Sequence record: MK380014.1
Direction: 5' to 3' (one strand)
Source of the DNA: Klebsiella phage K1-ULIP33
Length of the DNA: 44,122 nucleotides
Positions within the stretch are counted from its first letter, which is position 1. Every line of letters begins with the position of its first letter. Both the position numbers and the translations under genes were made by a program. A model generated the notes under the pieces. The model was not told where the DNA came from, made no database searches, and saw only the letters and a program-made list of their open reading frames with translations. This document shows, piece by piece, positions 1 to 6,908 of the stretch.

Positions 1-163
1 CTCGCCCGTCGCCCGTCCGGGGTTGTCCCCATAGGGTGCCTGTGTCATTTCTAGGGCCGGAGGGCGGGCCTAGGCCGTTTCTTAGTGAGGGCCAAAGGTT
101 CGCCTAGGCCAGCCGGAATGAGGGCCGCAGGAGGCCGCTTGCGCGGTGTGAGGGCGTGGGCTA
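1..163. repeat. left direct terminal repeat (DTR), identical to 43960..44122
   Basis: Bases 1..163 are repeated exactly at 43960..44122 and run off the window end there. The repeat is GC-rich, as in T7/SP6-type terminal redundancy. Confidence 0.9.
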
Positions 164-195
164 TCTATTCGTTTGTCGCTTCGCTCCTCACTCAC

Positions 196-340
196 TGGCC
201 TAGTGTTACCTTAGTTACTTCCTTATCGTGTACCTTATGCAAGCCTTAGTGACTAACTTAGTGCCTGCCTTAGTAGCTACCTTAGTGATTACCTCAGTCA
301 CAACCTATCAATCCTTAGTGTTACCTTAGTGAATTGCATA
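196..340. repeat. array of about 12 degenerate short tandem repeats, period 11-12 bp, core CCTTAGTG
   Basis: ccTAGTGtta, ccTTAGTtac, ccTTATCGTG, ccTTATGC, ccTTAGTGac, aCTTAGTGcc, ccTTAGTAgc, ccTTAGTGat, ccTCAGTcac, ccTTAGTGtta, ccTTAGTGaat lie immediately right of the left DTR. Analogous to the short repeat arrays next to the T7 terminal repeat. Confidence 0.7.
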
Positions 341-455
341 GCTAAAGCTATAAGGTGCGATTAGGTCGCGGTCGGTAGACCGCTAAAGAGGTAATGAGTA
401 GGGAGATGCAAGAGATGAACACCATAAACCGCCTTGTCTGTCCTGTGTTTGCCTT

Positions 456-471
456 GTCCAACACGTTGGAC
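456..471. repeat. palindromic element GTCCAACACGTTGGAC (copy 1)
   Basis: 7-bp inverted repeats with a 2-bp spacer, family GTCCAAC-NN-GTTGGAC. Early region, upstream of the first TTGACA. Confidence 0.85.
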
Positions 472-515
472 ATGCCTGTATAGTGACAGATATCACATAG
501 TGCATTAAATAGTGC

Positions 516-542
516 TTGACAGGGTATTCTTGTTAATACATA
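516..542 (+). promoter_or_regulatory. candidate host sigma70-type early promoter (TTGACA -35; -10 uncertain)
   Basis: Perfect TTGACA at 516..521. The AT-rich downstream stretch has a TACATA/TAATAC candidate -10 with suboptimal spacing. Confidence 0.3.
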
Positions 543-700
543 CTGCAATCACCGGGAACGAAGTGGCGACACAAAGTAGGTAACCGGAAGTAAGCTGGTG
601 AAGAGTAATCGCTCTAAGTAGCCAGATGATTAAGTGTAAGGACTCCGCTAGATGAAACAGGCTAGGGTGGGTTGAGTAAGGACCTTTCAATCCTTCTTCA

Positions 701-748
701 TACATTACGATGATATGAGCTACACTGTGAATCACTGCTCTTTAACAA
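701..748 (+). promoter_or_regulatory. early leader module 1: TACATTA, about 25 nt, then GCTCTTTAACAA
   Basis: TACATT at 701..706 and the conserved 12-mer GCTCTTTAACAA at 737..748. Same architecture as modules 2 and 3. Upstream of the first small early gene (796). Confidence 0.5.
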
Positions 749-795
749 AATGTAATGTACCTAGTGTATGCCGCTCATAACATGAGGGTTACACA

Positions 796-948
796 ATGAA
801 AGAAGGCGATAAGGTCCACTATGTAGATAGCTGGGGCGACATCCATACAGTACGCATAAGCTACCTGTTCACATCAGTGATGGGTAATGAGTGCGCAGCC
901 TTGAGTGATGGGGCTACCAAGCTGGTTACTGAATTGGTGGAGGTGTAG
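796..948 (+). CDS. hypothetical small early protein (50 aa)
   Basis: ATG at 796 with GAGGG 8 nt upstream. Its stop overlaps the ATG of the next ORF (TAGTTATG). Below the 60-aa threshold of the track. Confidence 0.35.
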   Translation: MKEGDKVHYVDSWGDIHTVRISYLFTSVMGNECAALSDGATKLVTELVEV

Positions 949-950
949 TT

Positions 951-1151
951 ATGGCTGTAAACCTGGATGACTTATTGATGTTAGACTTTGCAGACCTTGA
1001 ACTCCGGGTGTATGCAAATTGCATCAAAGAGAACAAGCGGGCATCACGTATGCCAGCACGCAAGCGTAAGGTTCTCTACGGGAAGCATAAACTACCTTGG
1101 TCATTCATACATGATTGCTATGTTTGCCATAAGCAGGGCGGTTTCCTGTGA
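951..1151 (+). CDS. hypothetical early protein (66 aa)
   Basis: ORF track; + strand early region. Basic C-terminus ...RMPARKRKVLYGKHKL. Confidence 0.45.
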   Translation: MAVNLDDLLMLDFADLELRVYANCIKENKRASRMPARKRKVLYGKHKLPWSFIHDCYVCHKQGGFL

Positions 1152-1303
1152 AGATTAAACGTGTAGTTAAGAATGCAAGAAATGCTAAGTGCTACGGGTG
1201 TAGCTGGCGTAAGTTTAAGAAGCTGGTAAGGTCTTCACCAGATGAGAACATAAGCCGCATACCAGCACGCAAGCTTAAATATTTATGGAATAGTATTAAA
1301 TAA
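1148..1303 (+). CDS. hypothetical small early protein (51 aa, GTG start)
   Basis: GTG overlapping the stop of the previous ORF (cTGTGAag). C-terminus ...SRIPARKLKYLWNSIK resembles the C-terminus of the preceding ORF. Confidence 0.3.
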   Translation: MKIKRVVKNARNAKCYGCSWRKFKKLVRSSPDENISRIPARKLKYLWNSIK

Positions 1304-1306
1304 CTG

Positions 1307-1369
1307 TTGACAACAAGCGGCATACATAGGTACATTACATACGCAGTACGAAGTGACGCTCTTTAACAA
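1307..1369 (+). promoter_or_regulatory. host-type early promoter 2 (TTGACA, 18 nt, TACATT) plus conserved leader GCTCTTTAACAA
   Basis: -35 TTGACA at 1307..1312, -10 TACATT at 1331..1336, conserved 12-mer at 1358..1369. Heads the gene cluster starting at 1426. Confidence 0.6.
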
Positions 1370-1425
1370 TTTGCTTAGTGTAACCTATGTAAGCCGTGGT
1401 TAACATATCATTAGTGAGGTACACC

Positions 1426-1575
1426 ATGCATAACTTAGATGATGCTTATGATGCTTACGTGGAGTCAGTCTGTGAATATGAGATTCCTATGAGTAAACGT
1501 CAATTCCTTAAAATGATTGAGGAGTGGCAAGAGGTGCCAAATAAGGTATCACCGGAACTCAAGGAGGGCATATAG
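1426..1575 (+). CDS. hypothetical small early protein (49 aa)
   Basis: ATG at 1426 with GAGG upstream. Follows early promoter/leader module 2. Confidence 0.35.
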   Translation: MHNLDDAYDAYVESVCEYEIPMSKRQFLKMIEEWQEVPNKVSPELKEGI

Positions 1576-1749
1576 TGGAACTGAATCTACGAGAAGCCAG
1601 CGCTGTATTTACTATGCTGTGCTACATGGCACAAAATGAGTCTATGACCGACGACGAACTAGCGTTATATCATCGCTTCCGTAATGAAGGATGGGGCGAC
1701 CTAGTTAATAAAGATCGTGATATTCTTAAAGAAATGATTGAGGGTTAAC
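1576..1749 (+). CDS. hypothetical small early protein (57 aa, GTG start)
   Basis: GTG at 1576 immediately after the previous stop, with AGGAGGG 6 nt upstream. Confidence 0.3.
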
Positions 1750-1751
1750 AT

Positions 1752-1880
1752 ATGTTTAAGCACGAAGTATTTATCAGTGACAACCGAGAAGCCGCTATGA
1801 TTGCAGAGATGTTTAAAGGTCACGTTACGGCGTACAACATAGGAGATGATGAGGAAGCCTTTTGTCGTTACCTTTGTTAG
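1752..1880 (+). CDS. hypothetical small early protein (42 aa)
   Basis: ATG at 1752 with GAGGG 8 nt upstream. Confidence 0.25.
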   Translation: MFKHEVFISDNREAAMIAEMFKGHVTAYNIGDDEEAFCRYLC

Positions 1881-1967
1881 CAAGTTATCGCACAAGAAGA
1901 TAGTAGATAAGGTGATGCCTTTCTTCTCCTTAGAAGAAGTAATTTCCAACAAAATCTAAATTAGTTG

Positions 1968-2029
1968 TTGACAGCCACGGCTTACAAGGTTACATTAAGC
2001 ACCAACAAGGCAACACCGCTCTTTAACAA
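1968..2029 (+). promoter_or_regulatory. host-type early promoter 3 (TTGACA, 17 nt, TACATT) plus conserved leader GCTCTTTAACAA
   Basis: -35 TTGACA at 1968..1973, -10 TACATT at 1991..1996, conserved 12-mer at 2018..2029. Heads the ocr-like gene at 2125. Confidence 0.65.
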
Positions 2030-2124
2030 TCTGGAATGCACTTAGTCGGATAGGTTAGATAAGCTATCTTGGCACTAGCTAGGGTGGCTTAGTGTAACCT
2101 AACTAACTAAATGAGGATTAAACT

Positions 2125-2472
2125 ATGAAACGTAACGCAAATGCATACTATGAACTGCAAGCTCAAGCTCTGGAACTGCTGAAAGAACGTATCCAATACG
2201 ACGATATCTGCGACTCTTCCGATGCAAGCGATGCAATTCACGAGATTGCCGACGATGTTACACCGCATTACTATCACGAAATCTTCACAGTCATGGCTGC
2301 CGACGGTATCGATACTGATTTTGAAGATTCTGGCCTGATTCCTGACACTAAAGACGTTTCTCAAATCTGTCAGGCTCGAATCTATGAGCAATTGACCATA
2401 GATATGTACGCCGAGATTGATTCTCTGGTTGAAGAATATGTTGATTCTATCGAAGAAGAGGACGAAGAATAA
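2125..2472 (+). CDS. ocr: Ocr-like anti-restriction DNA-mimic protein (T7 gene 0.3 homolog)
   Basis: 115-aa, extremely acidic protein. The central segment [73 protein letters not shown] closely matches T7 Ocr (..[65 protein letters not shown]) as I recall it. Good RBS. Follows early promoter 3. Confidence 0.85.
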   Translation: MKRNANAYYELQAQALELLKERIQYDDICDSSDASDAIHEIADDVTPHYYHEIFTVMAADGIDTDFEDSGLIPDTKDVSQICQARIYEQLTIDMYAEIDSLVEEYVDSIEEEDEE

Positions 2473-2588
2473 TGCACGGCAAGCAATACAACTTCCTGTT
2501 TTCTGACGGTGTAACCCTGAAATGCTCCTTGCGCTTCGCTATGCTGCGAGAGGAAACGCTTGGAACCTCCTACCGCTTAATTATGTGA
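2472..2588 (+). CDS. hypothetical tiny ORF (38 aa)
   Basis: TAATG overlap with the ocr stop. Weak evidence only. Confidence 0.2.
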   Translation: MHGKQYNFLFSDGVTLKCSLRFAMLREETLGTSYRLIM

Positions 2589-2601
2589 CACTATAAGAGG
2601 G
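2579..2601 (+). promoter_or_regulatory. variant SP6-type phage RNAP promoter (taATTATGTGACACTATAAGAGG)
   Basis: Contains the GTGACACTATA core but with ATAAG instead of ATAGA and a divergent upstream part. It is the first phage-type promoter in the genome. Confidence 0.4.
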
Positions 2602-2657
2602 TTAACAGGGTGCTCTTGCGAGAGTGCCCGATTAAACTAACTTAATGAGGTGTTAAC

Positions 2658-2813
2658 ATGGCTAAATTCATAAACGTTGCAGTGGTTTTCTTATTCGCTA
2701 CATTGATTCTTCTAGCTAGCGGCTCGCTGAAACACGAAGTTAATAACTATGAAGGCTTCTCCGTGCATCATGTAGTGATTAAAGATGTATCCTTGTACTC
2801 TTGGATGGAGTGA
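2658..2813 (+). CDS. hypothetical small membrane protein (51 aa)
   Basis: ATG at 2658. Hydrophobic N-terminal half VAVVFLFATLILLASG. Below the track threshold. Confidence 0.3.
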   Translation: MAKFINVAVVFLFATLILLASGSLKHEVNNYEGFSVHHVVIKDVSLYSWME

Positions 2814-2876
2814 TGAACCTATAGCCTACTTAGGTGGGCTATGTGAACATCATTCATTAACTCAAAAGGTGACATT

Positions 2877-3785
2877 ATGACTACCGAAAACATTCTCTTG
2901 TCTGTCCGCGAAGCTGCAACCGCTGAAATCAAAGCACATTTGGAGACAATCGGCGCTTCTTACCTCAAAGTCGGCTCCCTTCTGAATGAATTACGCGGCG
3001 ACTTTGAGAACCAGCGCGAATTTCTCGCCTACGTAGAAGAAGAATTCAGCATTAAGAAAGCACAATGCTACAACCTTATGAACGTAGCACGTTGCTTTGA
3101 CGGTGACGAGCGCTTTAAAGGTGTGGCGATGCGCGTCATGCTGTCCCTGATTCCGTTCGCAGATAAGGCCGGGATTATGGATAAGGCCGCAGAACTTGCC
3201 GCCGAGGGCAAATTAGATACGAAGTCCGTTAACGCGCTTACGGGCAAGCCTGAGAATCCCGCCGCTAAACCTATGCATTCACAAGGCGAACCAGAGAAAA
3301 CCGCTGAGAACGCCGCAGAGAGCGCAGAGCAGGCACCGCAGAGCGTACCAGAAGAATCTAATATAGAATGGGGCGCCGATGAAAACACGGATTCGGCACC
3401 GTGGGACGATGAACCAGCACCGCGCGACGACTCACAGAAAGCGCCAGAGCGTAAAGCGGAGCCGCTGGATAACGCTGCAACCGCAGAGAGCGCGGCGATG
3501 GCTGGCATGTTGGAGCAGATTAAAAGTCTTACCAAACAACTCAAAGCTGCAAATGACCGTATCGCAGAGCTAACCAGCACCCGCGAGAACAAGAAGGCCG
3601 CCGCTCCTATGCTTCCACAATTTAAATCTTCCTGCTTCTATGCTCGCTTAGGTTTAAGCGCGGAGGAAGCAAACAAGAAAACAGCAGTTAACAAGGCCAA
3701 ACGTGAGCTTGTTAAGCTGGGTTATGGCGAGGGCCATGAAGCGTGGGTTCTTATTGCCGAGGCAGTAGCTGAATTAACTAAGTGA
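2877..3785 (+). CDS. hypothetical early protein (302 aa) with acidic/proline-rich disordered centre and C-terminal coiled coil
   Basis: Long + strand ORF with RBS. The last early gene before the RNAP, which is the position of host-takeover genes in T7-like phages. No catalytic motif recognised. Confidence 0.6.
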   Translation: MTTENILLSVREAATAEIKAHLETIGASYLKVGSLLNELRGDFENQREFLAYVEEEFSIKKAQCYNLMNVARCFDGDERFKGVAMRVMLSLIPFADKAGIMDKAAELAAEGKLDTKSVNALTGKPENPAAKPMHSQGEPEKTAENAAESAEQAPQSVPEESNIEWGADENTDSAPWDDEPAPRDDSQKAPERKAEPLDNAATAESAAMAGMLEQIKSLTKQLKAANDRIAELTSTRENKKAAAPMLPQFKSSCFYARLGLSAEEANKKTAVNKAKRELVKLGYGEGHEAWVLIAEAVAELTK

Positions 3786-3859
3786 TTAGTTGGCCTTGAG
3801 AGCGTCATTGCATAAGATGGCGCTCAATTAAGTTTTCTAGCACCCAATGGAGTAATAAG

Positions 3860-6481
3860 ATGCAAGATCTAATGAACGCTCAGCTTCAACTTGAAGACGA
3901 GATGTTTAACGGTGGTATCAGTCGCTTCGAAGCTGACCAGCAGCGCCAGATTGCAAGCGGTAACGAATCCGATACTGCATGGAACCGACGCCTGCTGTCT
4001 GAATTGATTGCACCTATGGCCGAGGGCATCCAAGTATATAAAGAAGAATACGAAGGTAAGAAAGGCCGCGCCCCGCGTGCTTTAGCCTTCCTGCAATGCG
4101 TAGAAAACGAGGTTGCAGCCTACATCACCATGAAGGTGGTTATGGATATGCTAAACACCGATGTAACCCTGCAAGCTATTTCTATGGCGGTAGCTGACCG
4201 CATTGAAGACCAAGTCCGCTTTAGCAAACTGGAAGGTCACGCCGCTAAATACTTCGAGAAAGTAAAAGCAAGCCTGAAAGCGAGCCGTACTAAATCCTAT
4301 CGTCACGCTCATAATGTATGTGTAGTGGCTGAGAAGTCAGTGGCGGCTAAAGATGGCGAGTTCGACCGCTGGGAGGCATGGCCTAAAGATACCCTCCTGC
4401 AAATCGGGACTACCTTGCTGGAAATCTTGGAGAATAGCGTATTCTTCAAAGGCGAACCTGTATTCATGCGTGCAATGCGTGCGGTAGCTGGTAAAACTGT
4501 CTACTACCTGCAAACCTCTGAAACCGTGGGTGAATGGATCGCAGCGTTTAAAGATCACGTAGCGCAACTATCCCCGGCTTATGCGCCTTGCGTAGTACCG
4601 CCGCGCCCTTGGGTTTCTCCTTTTAATGGAGGCTTCCACACTGAGAAGGTGGCTAGTCGTGTTCGTCTTGTCAAAGGTGACCGCGAACATGTTCGCAAGC
4701 TGACCAAAAAGCAGATGCCTAAAGTTTACAAGGCTGTTAACGCCCTGCAAAACACTCAATGGCAAGTTAACAAAGAGGTGTTAGCGGTGGTTGAAGAAGT
4801 GATCCGCCTCGACCTTGGTTATGGTAAGATTCCACACTTCAAGCCCATCATTGACAAGGAGAACAAGCCAGCGAACCCGGTTCCGGTTGAGTTCCAGCAC
4901 CTTCGCGGGCGTGAGTTAAAGGAGATGCTCACCGCTGACCAGTGGCAAGCCTTCATTAACTGGAAGGGCGAATGTGCGAAGCTGTACACCGCAGAAACTA
5001 AACGCGGCTCCAAGTCTGCCGCCGTGGTTCGTATGGTAGGACAGGCCCGCAAATACAGCGCCTTTGATGCGATCTACTTCGTATATGCACTGGATAGCCG
5101 TTCCCGCGTTTATGCGCAGTCCAGCACGCTCTCACCGCAGTCTAACGATCTAGGCAAGGCATTGCTCCGCTTTACCGAAGGGCAGCCGCTGGATACCGCA
5201 GAGGCGCTTAAATGGTTCCTCATCTCCGGTGCTAACCTGTGGGGCTGGGATAAGAAAACCTTTGATGTGCGTCAAGCTAACGTGTGGTGTGCAGAATTTC
5301 AAGACATGTGCCGGGATATCGCCGCCGACCCGCTCACCTTTACACAGTGGGCTAAAGCGGACGAGCCTTACGAATTTCTCGCATGGTGCTTTGAATATGC
5401 CCGCTATCTGGATGCGCTGGAAGACGGCACCCGCGATGAGTTCCGCACTCACTTACCAGTACACCAAGATGGCTCATGCTCTGGCATCCAGCACTATAGC
5501 GCTATGCTGAAAGATGAGCGCGGCGCTACCGCTGTTAACCTGAAACCGGGCGACGCTCCGCAAGACATTTACGGCGCGGTTGCGCAGGTGGTTATTGCGA
5601 AGAATGCCCTGTACATGGACGCCGACGAAGGGCTGACCTTCGAATCTGGTAGCCTGAAACTGTCCGGCGCTGACCTCCGAGCGATGGCTAGTGCATGGGA
5701 TATGGTAGGTATCACCCGCTCACTGACCAAGAAGCCTGTTATGACCCTGCCGTATGGCTCCACCCGCTTAACCTGCCGCGAGTCTGTGATTGACTACATT
5801 GTTGATCTGGAAGAGAAAGAAGCGCAGAAAGCAGCAGTAGAAGGGCGGGCATCTAACAAGGTACATCCGTTCGAAGAAGGGCAGACACTGGAACCAGCGA
5901 TGGCATACAACTACATGACCGCCTTGATTTGGCCGTCAATCTCTGAGGTCGTTAAAGCTCCGATTGTTGCGATGAAGATGATTCGCCAGCTTGCACGCTT
6001 CGCAGCTAAACGTAACGAAGGGCTGGAATACCCGCTGCCGACTGGCTTCATCCTGAAACAGAAAATCATGGCAACCGAAATGCTCCGCGTGCGTACCTGC
6101 CTGATGGGCGATATCAAGATGAGCCTGCAAGTGGAGACTGACATTGTAGACGAGACTGCAATGATGGGCGCGGCGGCACCTAACTTCGTACACGGTCACG
6201 ATGCGAGCCACCTGATTCTCACCGTGTGCGATCTGGTAGATAAGGGCATCAAATCTATCGCCGTGATTCACGACTCCTTCGGGACTCATGCAGGCCGTAC
6301 CTTAGACCTCCGAAACTCCCTGAAAGGGCAGATGGTAGAAATGTACGAATACACTAACGCACTGGCGAGCCTGCTGGAAATACACGAAGAACGCTGGAAG
6401 GTTGACACTGGCATCAAAGTACCAGAGCAAGGCACCTTCGACGTCCGGGAAATCTTAGAGTCTGACTATTGCTTCGCTTAA
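3860..6481 (+). CDS. single-subunit DNA-dependent RNA polymerase (T7/SP6 family)
   Basis: 873-aa protein with GGAG RBS. Conserved palm motifs of T7-type RNAP are present (..[12 protein letters not shown].., ..HDSFGT..). This size matches SP6 RNAP as I recall it, and the cognate SP6 promoters occur throughout the genome. Confidence 0.97.
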   Translation: MQDLMNAQLQLEDEMFNGGISRFEADQQRQIASGNESDTAWNRRLLSELIAPMAEGIQVYKEEYEGKKGRAPRALAFLQCVENEVAAYITMKVVMDMLNTDVTLQAISMAVADRIEDQVRFSKLEGHAAKYFEKVKASLKASRTKSYRHAHNVCVVAEKSVAAKDGEFDRWEAWPKDTLLQIGTTLLEILENSVFFKGEPVFMRAMRAVAGKTVYYLQTSETVGEWIAAFKDHVAQLSPAYAPCVVPPRPWVSPFNGGFHTEKVASRVRLVKGDREHVRKLTKKQMPKVYKAVNALQNTQWQVNKEVLAVVEEVIRLDLGYGKIPHFKPIIDKENKPANPVPVEFQHLRGRELKEMLTADQWQAFINWKGECAKLYTAETKRGSKSAAVVRMVGQARKYSAFDAIYFVYALDSRSRVYAQSSTLSPQSNDLGKALLRFTEGQPLDTAEALKWFLISGANLWGWDKKTFDVRQANVWCAEFQDMCRDIAADPLTFTQWAKADEPYEFLAWCFEYARYLDALEDGTRDEFRTHLPVHQDGSCSGIQHYSAMLKDERGATAVNLKPGDAPQDIYGAVAQVVIAKNALYMDADEGLTFESGSLKLSGADLRAMASAWDMVGITRSLTKKPVMTLPYGSTRLTCRESVIDYIVDLEEKEAQKAAVEGRASNKVHPFEEGQTLEPAMAYNYMTALIWPSISEVVKAPIVAMKMIRQLARFAAKRNEGLEYPLPTGFILKQKIMATEMLRVRTCLMGDIKMSLQVETDIVDETAMMGAAAPNFVHGHDASHLILTVCDLVDKGIKSIAVIHDSFGTHAGRTLDLRNSLKGQMVEMYEYTNALASLLEIHEERWKVDTGIKVPEQGTFDVREILESDYCFA

Positions 6482-6490
6482 TATTAATAG

Positions 6491-6519
6491 GGCCAGCCTT
6501 CGGGTTGGCCTTTTCTTTT
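6491..6519 (+). terminator. stem-loop plus U-tract terminator after the RNAP gene
   Basis: GGCCAGCC-ttcg-GGTTGGCC (one G.U) followed by TTTTCTTTT, 10 nt after the RNAP stop. Confidence 0.6.
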
Positions 6520-6548
6520 GCCTATCACCTGTTACATTTCATTAACAA

Positions 6549-6564
6549 GTCCAACGTGTTGGAC
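6549..6564. repeat. palindromic element GTCCAACGTGTTGGAC (copy 2)
   Basis: Lies after the RNAP terminator, 10 nt upstream of the promoter at 6574. Confidence 0.85.
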
Positions 6565-6573
6565 ACGATGCGG

Positions 6574-6594
6574 ATTTACGAGACACTATAGGAC
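6574..6594 (+). promoter_or_regulatory. variant SP6-type promoter (ATTTACGAGACACTATAGGAC)
   Basis: Matches the consensus except at a few positions. Preceded by a copy of the 16-bp palindrome. Confidence 0.45.
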
Positions 6595-6709
6595 TACCCG
6601 TCGGAGACGGAAAGTAATAGGTAGTTAAAGGTAATAAAGGAAAGATAGGTAATATAGGTAATCCTAGGTTACACTTCCTTTATTCTCCCTCCTTATTACA
6701 TGAAGTCCT

Positions 6710-6725
6710 GTCCAACATGTTGGAC
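6710..6725. repeat. palindromic element GTCCAACATGTTGGAC (copy 3, perfectly symmetric)
   Basis: 5 nt upstream of the promoter at 6731. Confidence 0.85.
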
Positions 6726-6730
6726 AAACT

Positions 6731-6751
6731 ATTTAGGTGACACTATTGAAC
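6731..6751 (+). promoter_or_regulatory. SP6-type promoter variant (ATTTAGGTGACACTATTGAAC)
   Basis: Perfect -17 to -1 region, with a T instead of A at +1/+2. Immediately preceded by a copy of the palindrome. Upstream of the gp1.1-like and primase genes. Confidence 0.55.
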
Positions 6752-6779
6752 AAGACTAACTTACTTTGGAGATTCAATA

Positions 6780-6905
6780 ATGCGTAACTTCGAGAAAATG
6801 ACCCGTAAATCTACCCGCTTCGATGAGTTCGAAGGGAAGAAAGGTAGCAAGCGTAACAAGATTGTACGTGACCGTGCATCTAAACGCGCTGCATGGGAGA
6901 TCTAA
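6780..6905 (+). CDS. gp1.1-like small basic protein (41 aa)
   Basis: MRNFEKMTRKSTRFDEFEGKKGSKRNKIVRDRASKRAAWEI matches my recollection of the T7 gene 1.1 product (MRNFEKMTKRS...RDRSHKRSWE..). GGAG RBS. Lies just after the RNAP gene, as in T7. Confidence 0.5.
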   Translation: MRNFEKMTRKSTRFDEFEGKKGSKRNKIVRDRASKRAAWEI

Positions 6906-6908
6906 GTT

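Noticed and set aside
3068-3592. Minus-strand 174-aa ORF and + strand 64-aa ORF (3379..3573) inside the 302-aa early gene
   Set aside because: Nested in an alternative or antisense frame of a GC- and Ala-rich coding region, with no RBS. Low-complexity translation products.
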